Source: an uncultured Verrucomicrobiae bacterium (lineage in GTDB: Bacteria > Verrucomicrobiota > Verrucomicrobiia > Chthoniobacterales > Chthoniobacteraceae). Taken from it: DNA of 64,000 nt. Under the pieces are notes generated by a model, which saw nothing but the letters and a program-made list of their open reading frames with translations, was not told the origin of the DNA and did not search any database. Positions within the stretch are counted from its first letter, which is position 1; each line of letters begins with the position of its first letter. Shown here piece after piece: positions 47,834 to 57,312 of this stretch. The stretch is taken from contig CAWIKF010000002.1 of assembly GCA_963836755.1 (NCBI GenBank), positions 192,001 through 256,000 of the forward strand. Reading direction: 5' to 3'. A program made the position numbers and the translations under genes.

Positions 47834-48709
47834 ATGAATCCAGCAGCCGCCGACGCCGCAGAGATCACGCGCGCGAGCAAATCAAATCTCGCGCTGGCGT
47901 TCATCGCGCTGCCACGGCAACGCCGGAGCGACATGGAAACTTTTTACGCTTTTTGCCGCGTCATCGACGACATCGCCGATTCGCCCGACGTCGAGCTTTC
48001 GGAAAAACTTCGCCGGATGCGGCTCTGGCGCGAAGCGCTCGCCGACGCGTTTGCGGGCGAGCCGCCGCTCGGAAAATCGGTCCGCGCGCTGATGCAGCGC
48101 TACATGATTCCGCGTTCGCTTTTCGAGGAAATCATCGCCGGCGTGGAGATGGATTTTGTTCCGCGTCGTTTTCAAACTTTTGAAGAGCTGCGCGGCTATT
48201 GCTACCGCGTCGCCAGCGCGGTCGGCCTCGTGAGCATCGAAATTTTCGGCTACCGAAATCTCGCGTGCAAAGAATACGCAGTCGATCTCGGCATCGCGCT
48301 CCAGCTCACGAACATTCTGCGCGACGTGGCGGAGGATCTCGGAAACGGTGGCCGCATTTATCTGCCGCTCGACGACCTCGCGCAGTTCGACTACACCCCC
48401 TACGATCTCGCGGAGCATGTTTACGACGGTCGGTTTCTTGCGCTGATGAACTTTGAGGCCGAGCGGGCAGTCGGGTTTTACGAAAAGGCGGTGGCGGAAT
48501 TGCCGCGAGAGGACCGGCGACGAATGATCGCCGCGGAAATCATGCGAGTCGTCTACGGGCGGGTGCTGGAAAAAATGCGCGCCGATGGCTTTCGCGTGTT
48601 TGACAGACGTTATCATCTGACCAGCATCGGGAAACTTGGAATCATCGCGCGAGTTTTTGCCCAGACATTTTTGCATCTGCCACCCGTCATGATCGGCAGG
48701 CGTCCGTAA
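47834..48709 (+). CDS. Phytoene/presqualene diphosphate synthase (HpnD/CrtB family)
   Basis: YAFCRVIDDIAD, YCYRVASAVG, QLTNILRDVAED..GRIYLP. Confidence 0.92.
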   Translation: MNPAAADAAEITRASKSNLALAFIALPRQRRSDMETFYAFCRVIDDIADSPDVELSEKLRRMRLWREALADAFAGEPPLGKSVRALMQRYMIPRSLFEEIIAGVEMDFVPRRFQTFEELRGYCYRVASAVGLVSIEIFGYRNLACKEYAVDLGIALQLTNILRDVAEDLGNGGRIYLPLDDLAQFDYTPYDLAEHVYDGRFLALMNFEAERAVGFYEKAVAELPREDRRRMIAAEIMRVVYGRVLEKMRADGFRVFDRRYHLTSIGKLGIIARVFAQTFLHLPPVMIGRRP

Positions 48710-48751
48710 AAGCTGGTTGTGTCGAACCAGAAAGCGTAAATCCATTCGGTC

Positions 48752-49117
48752 ATGAAACTTCTCGTCACGTCCCTTTCCATCACGGCTGCTGTGTTGCTCA
48801 ATGGTTGCGATTCACCCACCGGTCTCGGCGCGATGTCGGGCGCGGGCGCGGGCGCGCTCATCGGTGGCACGCATGGACATCACGCTGTGGAAGGCGCGCT
48901 GATCGGCGCGGCGGCGGGCGCATTGATTGGGCACATGATCGGCCACGCGGATGATAGTGGTTACTACGAAGGGCGGCGGCTTCCTTATGGCCGGCCAGTC
49001 GGCGGCGGCATGCAAGAAAGCCCCTACTATCCGCATAACGTGATCGACACGCGCGGAATCCCGCACGGCGCAGTGATTGAGGATCCCACGACTGGCGGCC
49101 GTTTCATCAAAGAATAG
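48752..49117 (+). CDS. Glycine-zipper lipoprotein
   Basis: LNGC lipobox; GAGAGALIG..GALIGAAAGALIG. Confidence 0.85.
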   Translation: MKLLVTSLSITAAVLLNGCDSPTGLGAMSGAGAGALIGGTHGHHAVEGALIGAAAGALIGHMIGHADDSGYYEGRRLPYGRPVGGGMQESPYYPHNVIDTRGIPHGAVIEDPTTGGRFIKE

Positions 49118-49177
49118 GTCGTCCCGAACCCGACTTTCTCGCTGACAGCGAGAGACTTCGTGCTAGGGTTGCCGCGC

Positions 49178-49591
49178 ATGTCCCCGGAAAGTTCGTCGCC
49201 GCGTCACGAGATCAAAAACATTCTGCTTTTGGATGACGATGTCGAGCTGGCGGACACACTGAAATCGCTGCTCGAATCACGAAACTTTGTCGTCACCACG
49301 GTCGAAAATGGCCTCGAAGGTTTGCGCGAGGTGATGGCGTTCGATTTTGACGTCATCATGTGTGACATGTTCATGCCGCACATGCCGGGCGATATGTTTT
49401 ACCTGGCGGTGGAAAAGACGAAACCGGATTTGTGCAAGCGATTCATTTTCATCACCGGCTATCCCGATGAGCCGAAGGTGACGAAATTTTTGGAGCAACT
49501 CCGTTCGCCGCTGGTGCTCATCAAGCCCGTCGACAGCGATGATCTGCTCCGCACGATAGATTACGTGTTAAACAACCGCTCAGGCGGGTAA
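49178..49591 (+). CDS. Single-domain response regulator
   Basis: ILLLDDD, IMCDMFMP, FITG, KP. Confidence 0.9.
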   Translation: MSPESSSPRHEIKNILLLDDDVELADTLKSLLESRNFVVTTVENGLEGLREVMAFDFDVIMCDMFMPHMPGDMFYLAVEKTKPDLCKRFIFITGYPDEPKVTKFLEQLRSPLVLIKPVDSDDLLRTIDYVLNNRSGG

Positions 49592-49617
49592 AAGTTCGCG
49601 CGGTTTAAGAAAACGCG

Positions 49618-50298
49618 CTACCGCTCGCGCGAATAGAGCTGGCTGTTTTCGTCGAGATTTTTCACGACGGTGCAAAGGAAGACCGGCTCCGGATGCAGCT
49701 CTTTGTATTTGGAAATTTCCGCGCGGTTGAAAACCCGGAAGCCGTAGCGCTCAAACATTTTCACGCCGCGCCGGCTCTCAAACGTGACCATCTGGCCGTA
49801 AACGCGCTTCTCGCCGTGCTCGTGCAGATATTGAAGATACGCATCCATCAGCGCACGCGTCGTCGGGATCGTCCGCGCGTCCGCGAGCAGATTGATGTGG
49901 AAATGCGCGGTGCGGCGCGGCGCCGCGGGCACCTCGCGCCAGCCGTTGAGGATGATCCAATGCACGAACCGCCGCGACGCGGCGTTGTAGCGCGGGTAGT
50001 GAAAAATGCCGCGCAAAAATAGGCCGATGTTTTGGTAGATGTTGTAAACCTGCTGGCGAAAAGGATGCCGCGAGCCGAGTAAATATCCTTTCGGCTCGCC
50101 ATTGACCTCGAGCACGAACGCGGATTCCGGTTCCCAATCGGTGTAATAGCCGGTCAGAAAATCGGCGAAAAGTTCGCGATCTTCAAAAACCGGGTCGATC
50201 GGCTTTCCGAGAAAACCAGTTTCGCAGCAGAGATGGCGCACTGCGCTGCGGTCCTTCGCGCAATACGGGCGGATGGTAAAATTGCGTTCTTCAGACAT
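49618..50298 (-). CDS. GNAT-like acetyltransferase
   Basis: IRPY..DR.AV..LC.ETG, GYLLG, AHFHINLL, FERYGF. Confidence 0.7.
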   Translation of the reverse strand: MSEERNFTIRPYCAKDRSAVRHLCCETGFLGKPIDPVFEDRELFADFLTGYYTDWEPESAFVLEVNGEPKGYLLGSRHPFRQQVYNIYQNIGLFLRGIFHYPRYNAASRRFVHWIILNGWREVPAAPRRTAHFHINLLADARTIPTTRALMDAYLQYLHEHGEKRVYGQMVTFESRRGVKMFERYGFRVFNRAEISKYKELHPEPVFLCTVVKNLDENSQLYSRER

Positions 50299-51469
50299 GG
50301 CGGATCGTTTCAGTAGCGACGCTGCGGTAGATCGCAAACAGACGATCAAAGACCTGCGTCCACGAATATTGCCTCATGACACGGCGGCTAGCAATGGCGC
50401 CGGCCTTTTTCACATCCTCCGCAGCCGCATCCCGGATCGCCTGCGCCAGCGCCTCCGGGCTGTTTTCCCGAGCCCAGACGGTCTGGTCGCTCTGGATGAT
50501 GCGGTCCATGTAGCTGCCGCGAATGCCAATGACGGGCGTGCCGCACGCCTGGCTTTCGAGCGCGACCAGCCCAAAAGTTTCCTGCACGCCGGGATGCACG
50601 AAAAGCTCCGCTGCGCGGTAAAACTGCGCGAGTTTTTGCGAATCGCCGCAATACGGCAGCCACGTCACAGCGTTCGTGCTTGTTAAAATATTCCGCAACA
50701 GTTCGCGCTGCTGTCCATCGCCGACCGCCAGCAGTTGGAAATGCCCCGGCTGCGCGCGCACGAGCATCTCGAAGGCCTCGAAAAGTGTGCGCGTATTTTT
50801 TTCACTCGCGAGCCGGCCGACATAAAGCAGCAGCACGCGGCCCGGCGGGATCCCGAGCTCCGCGCGCGTGCTCACGGAATCATCCGGCGTCGGGCGGAAA
50901 ATTTCCGTGTTCACGCCGAGGTCGATGTTGATGACGTTCATCAAGCCCCAATCCTCCAGCAGCGCGCCGAGCGCGGGCGACGGCACCAGCGTGCGCGCGA
51001 AGCGGTTGTAAAGGTTGCGCACATAGCGCCGCGCGCCGTCCATCACAAACTCCGTGGCCGTTTTCCCGAAGAATCGCGCGACGCTTCGCAAATATGCCTC
51101 CGGAAAATGCGAATGGTAAAATCCGATCACGGGAATTCGCAGCGCCGCTCCGGACGCAATCGCCTTCCACGCCATTTGATACGGATCGCCCGATTCAATC
51201 ACGTGCGGCCGTTCAATTTCGAGGATGCGCTCTACTGCGCCGAGCCGCAGCAATGCGCGATAGCGCGACGTGCGCGAGACCAGCGGCGAGCGGATCGTGT
51301 AAGTTTTCGCGCGACCCTCGACCGCGACCGCGTCACGCTCGCCGGGAATAATCAGCAGATGCTCGTCGTCCGGCGCGTGAGCCTGCAGGTAGCTGATTTT
51401 TTCGTGAACGTAGCGTTTCACACCGCCGCTCACTGGCGAATAAAACTGCGTGAGGTCGCAAATTTTCAC
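50291..51469 (-). CDS. GT4-family glycosyltransferase
   Basis: SGGVKRY, YVGRLASEK, ETFGLVALESQACGTPV. Confidence 0.9.
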   Translation of the reverse strand: MKICDLTQFYSPVSGGVKRYVHEKISYLQAHAPDDEHLLIIPGERDAVAVEGRAKTYTIRSPLVSRTSRYRALLRLGAVERILEIERPHVIESGDPYQMAWKAIASGAALRIPVIGFYHSHFPEAYLRSVARFFGKTATEFVMDGARRYVRNLYNRFARTLVPSPALGALLEDWGLMNVINIDLGVNTEIFRPTPDDSVSTRAELGIPPGRVLLLYVGRLASEKNTRTLFEAFEMLVRAQPGHFQLLAVGDGQQRELLRNILTSTNAVTWLPYCGDSQKLAQFYRAAELFVHPGVQETFGLVALESQACGTPVIGIRGSYMDRIIQSDQTVWARENSPEALAQAIRDAAAEDVKKAGAIASRRVMRQYSWTQVFDRLFAIYRSVATETIRHV

Positions 51470-51475
51470 GCGTCT

Positions 51476-52399
51476 TCACGACTCGAGATGCGCGAGATAT
51501 TTTTCGGCATCGAGCGCCGCCGCGCATCCCTGGCCAGCGGCGGTGATCGCTTGCCGATACCGGTGATCCGCCACGTCGCCCGCAGCAAAAACGCCCGGCA
51601 CATTCGTGCAGGTGCCTTTTGTTTGCAGCAGATAACCGTTTTCGTCCGTCGCGAGATGCGCGCGAAACGGAGACGTGTTCGGGCTGTGGCCGATCGCGAC
51701 GAAAACGCATTTCACCTCCAGCTCCGCTTCCTCACCAGTCTGCACATTGCGCGTTTGCACCGCGCGCATTTCGCCGTGTTCATCCGTCAAATATTCGCTG
51801 ACGGTTGTATGCCAGATCGGTTGCACCTTCGGATTCGCGAGCGCGCGATCCGCCATGATTTTTGACGCGCGCAGCGAATCGCGGCGATGGATGAGGTAAA
51901 CTTTTGAGGCAAAGCGCGTCAAAAACGTCGCTTCCTCCGCGGCCGAGTCGCCGCCGCCGATGACGCAGACCGGCACGTTCCGGTAAAATGCGCCGTCGCA
52001 CGTCGCACACGATGTCAGTCCGTGGCCGATCATCTTTTTCTCGCCCGGAATTTCGAGCCAACGCGCCGACGCTCCGCTCGCGATGATGAGCGTGCGCGTG
52101 TCAACCCATGTGTCGTCCACTTTTAAGCTGACGAAGCCATCTTTCGGCTCGAAATCCGTGACCGTCGAATATGCAAAACGCGCGCCGAAACGCTCCGCCT
52201 GCGACTTCATGTTCATGATCAACTGCGGGCCATCGATGCCGTCGACAAAACCCGGAAAATTCTCCACGAGCGTCGTCGTCGAGAGCTGGCCGCCTGGTTC
52301 TTTTCCCTCGAGCACGAGCGGCGAAAAGTTCCCGCGCGCGGCGTAGATTGCCGCAGTCAGGCCCGCGCAGCCGGTGCCGACGATGATCATTTTTTCCAT
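51476..52399 (-). CDS. trxB: Thioredoxin reductase
   Basis: GGQLSTT..VENFPG, CATCDG, GGGDSA, VFAAGDV..YRQAITAAG. Confidence 0.96.
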   Translation of the reverse strand: MEKMIIVGTGCAGLTAAIYAARGNFSPLVLEGKEPGGQLSTTTLVENFPGFVDGIDGPQLIMNMKSQAERFGARFAYSTVTDFEPKDGFVSLKVDDTWVDTRTLIIASGASARWLEIPGEKKMIGHGLTSCATCDGAFYRNVPVCVIGGGDSAAEEATFLTRFASKVYLIHRRDSLRASKIMADRALANPKVQPIWHTTVSEYLTDEHGEMRAVQTRNVQTGEEAELEVKCVFVAIGHSPNTSPFRAHLATDENGYLLQTKGTCTNVPGVFAAGDVADHRYRQAITAAGQGCAAALDAEKYLAHLES

Positions 52400-52576
52400 A
52401 GGGAAGTGCGAGTAAACAGCAATGCGTGCGAACTGAAAATCAAGAATTCGCGAGCGTGCCGGGCGCGTTTTTCCAAAGTCACGGCGATTGCAAAACTGTA
52501 ATCCGAATCGCTCTTGTCTTCAGCGCGGAATGTGAAAAGGTGCGCGCATGAAGCGAGTCGGTCTCGTATCTTGACC

Positions 52577-53689
52577 ATGGCTGAATCACGCTATCGTCCG
52601 CAGCTCGATTCGCTTCGCGCGCTGGCCGTGGCGATCGTGATGATTCATCATTATCGCGATCATCCGTTCTTTCTCTCGGGCTTCGGCGTCACACTATTTT
52701 TCGTCCTGAGCGGCTTTTTTGCGACGCGTTTGCTGCTGCGCTTGAAAACGCAAATCGCCTCGCGCGAAACCACGTCCAGTGCGGCGCTAGCGGAATTTTA
52801 CGTCGGCCGCTATCTGCGGATTTTCCCGCTCTACTATCTGGTGCTACTCGTCACCGCGATCTGCAATCTCCCGTATGCGCGCTCGATGTTGCCGTGGAAT
52901 GGCCTGTTCCTGTCAAACTTCGCGACGTGGTGGACGGGCGAATGGCCCGGCCGCTTCTCCCACTTTTGGTCGCTCGCGACGCTGGAGCAATATTACATTT
53001 TCTGGCCGTTGCTCATCCTCGCGTGCCCGCGCAAACGGATGCTGCATTTGATCTTTGCCTTCATCGCGGTCGGCCCGATTTTCCGGATCGTTTGTTTGCT
53101 TTTTGACTTTGATCCCATCACTTGGTGCGTCTCACCATTCGCCTCGTTTGATCAACTCGGATGCGGCGCTTTGCTCGCGTTTTGCCAGGCGGAAAAAATT
53201 GCATCGCCGCTGCTTCGCCAGCGCGTCCTCTTCGTGGGCGGATGGATTTGCGGCCCGCTTTTTTTCGCACTCGTCGCGGGAAAAGCCTTCGATATCGACG
53301 TGCCCGGCTCGACGATTTACATCACGCTTTTCGCCTCATTCTTTTTCATCTGGCTCATCGAGCGCAGCTTCATCGGCTTCACCGGGATCGTCGGAAAGGT
53401 GCTCGACTCTCCGGCGCTCGCGCGCATCGGCACCATGAGCTACTCCATTTATCTGCTCCACACTTTCTCGCAATTTCTCCTGCCGCGCCCGCCCGTCGTC
53501 CGCCACATCCTCGCGTCCGATTGGCGCATGCTCGTGCTCATTCCGGGCACCCTCTTTTTCGCCTATCTCTCGTGGAGATTTTTAGAAACTCCGCTGCGCT
53601 ATTTCCGCAAGGCGCTGCTCGTTCAAATCTCCGAATCCATGAATGCGCGCGCGCGCACCGCTGCGCTGGCGCAAGAGGAAGCAGCCTAG
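52577..53689 (+). CDS. Acyltransferase-3 (OafA-like) membrane protein
   Basis: LDSLRALA, GVTLFFVLSGF, RYLRIFPLY, HFWSL..LEQYY, SYSIYLLH. Confidence 0.9.
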   Translation: MAESRYRPQLDSLRALAVAIVMIHHYRDHPFFLSGFGVTLFFVLSGFFATRLLLRLKTQIASRETTSSAALAEFYVGRYLRIFPLYYLVLLVTAICNLPYARSMLPWNGLFLSNFATWWTGEWPGRFSHFWSLATLEQYYIFWPLLILACPRKRMLHLIFAFIAVGPIFRIVCLLFDFDPITWCVSPFASFDQLGCGALLAFCQAEKIASPLLRQRVLFVGGWICGPLFFALVAGKAFDIDVPGSTIYITLFASFFFIWLIERSFIGFTGIVGKVLDSPALARIGTMSYSIYLLHTFSQFLLPRPPVVRHILASDWRMLVLIPGTLFFAYLSWRFLETPLRYFRKALLVQISESMNARARTAALAQEEAA

Positions 53690-53961
53690 TTTTCCACCGC
53701 TCCCGCGCGAAAAAATACGGCGACATTGCCGACGAGCATGATCAGCTCGCTCGCGGTTTTTTCAGCGATCTCGCGCGACAGTTCCTTCCGCTGATCCTTG
53801 AAATCAGCGAACTTGATTTTCACCAAACTTTTCTGCGCCAAAGCTGTTTCGAGACTCTGCAAAAATCCGGCGCTCACCCCATTTTTGCCGAGCTTTAGGA
53901 TTGGCTCGAGCCGCTGCGCATCCGCTTTCAAGCGGCGTTTTTCGGAGTTGTTCAACTGCAT
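53686..53961 (-). CDS. yhbY: YhbY/CRM RNA-binding protein
   Basis: LEPILKLGKNG, LVKIK, VGNVAVFFR. Confidence 0.85.
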   Translation of the reverse strand: MQLNNSEKRRLKADAQRLEPILKLGKNGVSAGFLQSLETALAQKSLVKIKFADFKDQRKELSREIAEKTASELIMLVGNVAVFFRAGAVEN

Positions 53962-54045
53962 TTAATCCATCGTAAAACCGACGCCCCATCCCGCCAGAAA
54001 AAACGCCGCGCTTGTCTTCACTCGGCCTTTCCGAAAAATGGAAAA

Positions 54046-54639
54046 ATGTTTACCGGCCTCGTCGCAGAAACGGCGCAAGTCATTTCCCTCGAGAATCGCG
54101 GCCACGGCCAGAGCGAATTGACCCTGCGCGCGCCCGGCTTCAGCGCTGCCGCGAAAGTCGGCGACAGCATCGCCGTCAACGGCTGCTGCCTCACGCTGAT
54201 GGCCGCCGAAAATGATCTGCTTTGCTTCGATCTCCTGGACGAAACTTTGCGCCTCACGAACCTCGCGCACGCGCAACTCGTGAACCTCGAACCTGCACTC
54301 GCAGCTAGCGGCCGCTTCGGCGGTCATCTCGTGCAGGGACACATCGATTGCACCGCCGCAATCTGTGCCCTGGACGAAATCGGCGCAGACCATCGGCTGG
54401 AGATCGAGCTGCCATCAGCATTCGCGAGGTATATCGTCAAAAAAGGTTCCATCGCAATCGATGGAATCAGCCTCACCGTCGCGGAAGTTCATGCCCAAAA
54501 ATTTGTCGTCTGGATCATTCCGCACACATTCGCGGAAACCAATTTGCGCGCCGCGCGCACCGGCGATTTGGTCAACCTCGAGTTCGATTTGCTTGCAAAA
54601 TATGTCGAGCGCTTGCTGGCGTTTCCGAGGCAGCCATAG
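54046..54639 (+). CDS. Riboflavin synthase (alpha chain)
   Basis: MFTGL, GDSIAVNGCCLT, GGHLVQGHID, KGSIAIDGISLT, VNLEFD. Confidence 0.95.
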   Translation: MFTGLVAETAQVISLENRGHGQSELTLRAPGFSAAAKVGDSIAVNGCCLTLMAAENDLLCFDLLDETLRLTNLAHAQLVNLEPALAASGRFGGHLVQGHIDCTAAICALDEIGADHRLEIELPSAFARYIVKKGSIAIDGISLTVAEVHAQKFVVWIIPHTFAETNLRAARTGDLVNLEFDLLAKYVERLLAFPRQP

Positions 54640-54645
54640 TCAAAG

Positions 54646-55200
54646 TCAGCGCAACTTTTCGAGACGAAATTTTTCGTGGTAACGTCCGCCGCTATGCGCG
54701 CGGCAACAATGGATGCACGCCACTCGTCGGCGGAACGGCCGCACGCGCCGGATCTCCGTGCGGCAATGCTGGCAGCGGTAAAAATGTTTCGGCGTGTGCC
54801 GCGCGCGCGGCAGCGGCAGATCGTGGCAGCGCCTTTCGTTTTTCAATCCGAGCGCCTCGCAAGCCGCACGCCACTCGGCGCCGTGCGGCGAAATGCGACG
54901 GCGACCTGCGAGAAATTTTGCAGCCAGATGCGCAAGCTCGTGTCGCAAAGTTTTGTCAATTTCCGCATCGCCAAATTGCGCGAGTTTTGGATTCAGCGTC
55001 ACCAGATTTTTCGCGTAATGCGCAAGGCCGGCAGTGGTGCGCAGGCGCGGGTTCCATCGCACGCGAACACTGACGGCGAGAGGCTTGCAGCCGATTTCGC
55101 AAAGCAGCATGCGGGCTTTTTGTTCCAGCTCGGTGGAATCTTCGACCAGCGGTTTTTCTTCCGGTGCGAGCCATTGGAAAAAAGTTTGAAGAGCTTTCAC
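54646..55200 (-). CDS. SprT-like zinc metalloprotease
   Basis: RLRTTAG, HELAH, PHGAEWR, CxxC pairs. Confidence 0.88.
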   Translation of the reverse strand: MKALQTFFQWLAPEEKPLVEDSTELEQKARMLLCEIGCKPLAVSVRVRWNPRLRTTAGLAHYAKNLVTLNPKLAQFGDAEIDKTLRHELAHLAAKFLAGRRRISPHGAEWRAACEALGLKNERRCHDLPLPRARHTPKHFYRCQHCRTEIRRVRPFRRRVACIHCCRAHSGGRYHEKFRLEKLR

Positions 55201-56342
55201 GCCAGATCCGGTTGCAATCGCAAAAAAATCCGCGGCAGTGCGGCAAGAACGCTTTCGATTTCCGCGCGCGTCGTCTGTTTGCCGAGCGAAAAACGGACCG
55301 TGGATCCGGCAAGGCCAGGTGCAACGCCCATCGCGAGCAGCACGTGCGAGGGGACGATCGATCCGACCATGCAGGCGGAGCCGCTGGAAACGCAGATTCC
55401 CTCGAGATCAAAGTTGATGAGCAGACTTTCGCCGTCGAGCCCGGGAAACGAGACGTTGAGCGTGTTCGCGAGCCGCTCGGTTGGATGGCCGTTGAGAATT
55501 GCCGCGGGAAAAAGTTTCGCGATTCCGCGCCACAATTCATCCCGAAGATCGGCCTGACGACTTTGTTCCGCAGCAATATCGCGCGCTGCTGATTCCGCCG
55601 CGCACGCCATGCCGACGATACTCGCGACATTTTCGGTTCCGGGCCGGCGCTGATTTTCGTGTGCGCCGCCGAACTGGATATTTTCGAGCGCGATTCCGGC
55701 GCCAAGCAGCAGCACACCGGTGCCTTTCGGACCGTAAAATTTATGCGACGCGAGAGAGATCGCATCGACGCCGCAGGTCTGGAAATCGAGGGGCCTTTTC
55801 CCGAACGACTGCACCATGTCGCTGTGCAACAAAATACCGCGTTCGTGACACAAGCGACTGATTTCCGAAAGCGGCTGGATCGTTCCTGTCTCGTTGTTCG
55901 CGGACATGATGGAGACGAGCGTTGTATCCGCTGCCAGCGCGTTTCTGAAAGCTTCCAATTTGATCTGCCCGTTCGGATCCACCGGCAGAAAAGTGACGCG
56001 GAAGCCTTCGCTTTTCTGCAAAAATTCGAAGGCGTTTAATACGGCGTGATGCTCGGTGCTGGCGGTGATGAGGTGCCTGCCTTTGCCCGCCGACGCCCGC
56101 GCCAGGCCGATCGCCGCGAGATTGTCTGCTTCCGTTCCACCGCTGGTGAAGATGATTTCATGCGGCTTTGCATTTAAAATTTTCGCCAGCCGATCCCGCG
56201 CATCATCGATTGCCGCGCGCGTTTCGCGGCCGGCCGCGTGGATGCTCGATGGATTGCCAAAATGCTGCGTGAGATACGGCAGCATCGCTTCCGTCACCTC
56301 GGGCGCGATCGGCGTGGTCGCGTTGTAGTCGAGATAAATCAT
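55197..56342 (-). CDS. Cysteine desulfurase (IscS/NifS type)
   Basis: YLDYNATTP, FTSGGTE, SHKFYGPKG, SSGSAC. Confidence 0.95.
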   Translation of the reverse strand: MIYLDYNATTPIAPEVTEAMLPYLTQHFGNPSSIHAAGRETRAAIDDARDRLAKILNAKPHEIIFTSGGTEADNLAAIGLARASAGKGRHLITASTEHHAVLNAFEFLQKSEGFRVTFLPVDPNGQIKLEAFRNALAADTTLVSIMSANNETGTIQPLSEISRLCHERGILLHSDMVQSFGKRPLDFQTCGVDAISLASHKFYGPKGTGVLLLGAGIALENIQFGGAHENQRRPGTENVASIVGMACAAESAARDIAAEQSRQADLRDELWRGIAKLFPAAILNGHPTERLANTLNVSFPGLDGESLLINFDLEGICVSSGSACMVGSIVPSHVLLAMGVAPGLAGSTVRFSLGKQTTRAEIESVLAALPRIFLRLQPDLA

Positions 56343-56363
56343 GTCGCCGCCGCGCCAGCGCAT

Positions 56364-57272
56364 TCAGATCATCCAATCATCGACCGGCTCGTCGCGGCGC
56401 TTTTCCTTGTCCAAAATGCGGAGCTGTTTTTCCTCGTAAAAAACAAGCGAGTTCGGCGGGACGCTGTGTGTGAGAAAAACGTTTGCGCCGATGGTGCTCC
56501 CTGCGCCGATGACCGTGTCGCCGCCGATGACCGTCGTGCCTGCGTAGATCGTGACGTTATCCTCGACCGTCGGATGCCGCTTTTGTCCCTTGAGTTTTTG
56601 GCCACCTGACAACGAACGCGCAACAAGTGACACACCTTGATAGAGCTTCACGTTTTCGCCGATGATGGAGCTTTCGCCGACGACGACGCCGGTGCCGTGG
56701 TCGATGAAAAAATGCCCGTTTATGTGCGCGCCGGGATGGATGTCGATTCCGGTGCGGCTGTGCGCCCACTCGGTCATCATGCGCGGGATGAGCGGGATCT
56801 CGTGGCAGTAAAGCATGTGCGCGCTGCGCTGGATCGCGATGGCTTCCAAAAACGGATACGCGAGAATGATCTCGTCGTAGTTGCTCGCGGCCGGATCGCC
56901 TGCGAACGCTGCCTCGACATCGGTGCGGAGCAGCTCTCGCACATGCGGCAGACTCGAGAGGAATTCGCCGACGAAGTGCTCGGCTTTTTCCTCCGGGCAC
57001 GTCGGCTCGGCGAGGCGCAGGCTCTTGCAAATCTCGGCCTTCAAATGTTCGCAGACGCTGCGGATGCGATAGCTCGTGAGCCTGACGAGATGGTCGGAAT
57101 GGATCGGCTCCTGGTCGTGATATCCTGGAAAAAGAAGCTGGAGCAAATGCGCGCAAATGTCCGCCACAGCAGGCTTCGAGGGCAGATTGGAGCCATCGAT
57201 ATTGTTGATGCCGCCCGTGTTTTTATACGAGTCGAGAATTTGCTGGGTGAGTTTGCCGAGGCCTCGCTCCAT
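56364..57272 (-). CDS. cysE: Serine O-acetyltransferase
   Basis: GDPAA, TGIDIHPGA, FIDHGTG, KRHPT. Confidence 0.92.
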   Translation of the reverse strand: MERGLGKLTQQILDSYKNTGGINNIDGSNLPSKPAVADICAHLLQLLFPGYHDQEPIHSDHLVRLTSYRIRSVCEHLKAEICKSLRLAEPTCPEEKAEHFVGEFLSSLPHVRELLRTDVEAAFAGDPAASNYDEIILAYPFLEAIAIQRSAHMLYCHEIPLIPRMMTEWAHSRTGIDIHPGAHINGHFFIDHGTGVVVGESSIIGENVKLYQGVSLVARSLSGGQKLKGQKRHPTVEDNVTIYAGTTVIGGDTVIGAGSTIGANVFLTHSVPPNSLVFYEEKQLRILDKEKRRDEPVDDWMI

Positions 57273-57312
57273 GCGCGCAATTTCGACGGATGGCAGCTTT
57301 GTGTCGAGGCGG

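Noticed and set aside
53962..54045. FMN riboswitch before riboflavin synthase
   Set aside because: The gap is only about 84 nt and lacks the conserved RFN motifs
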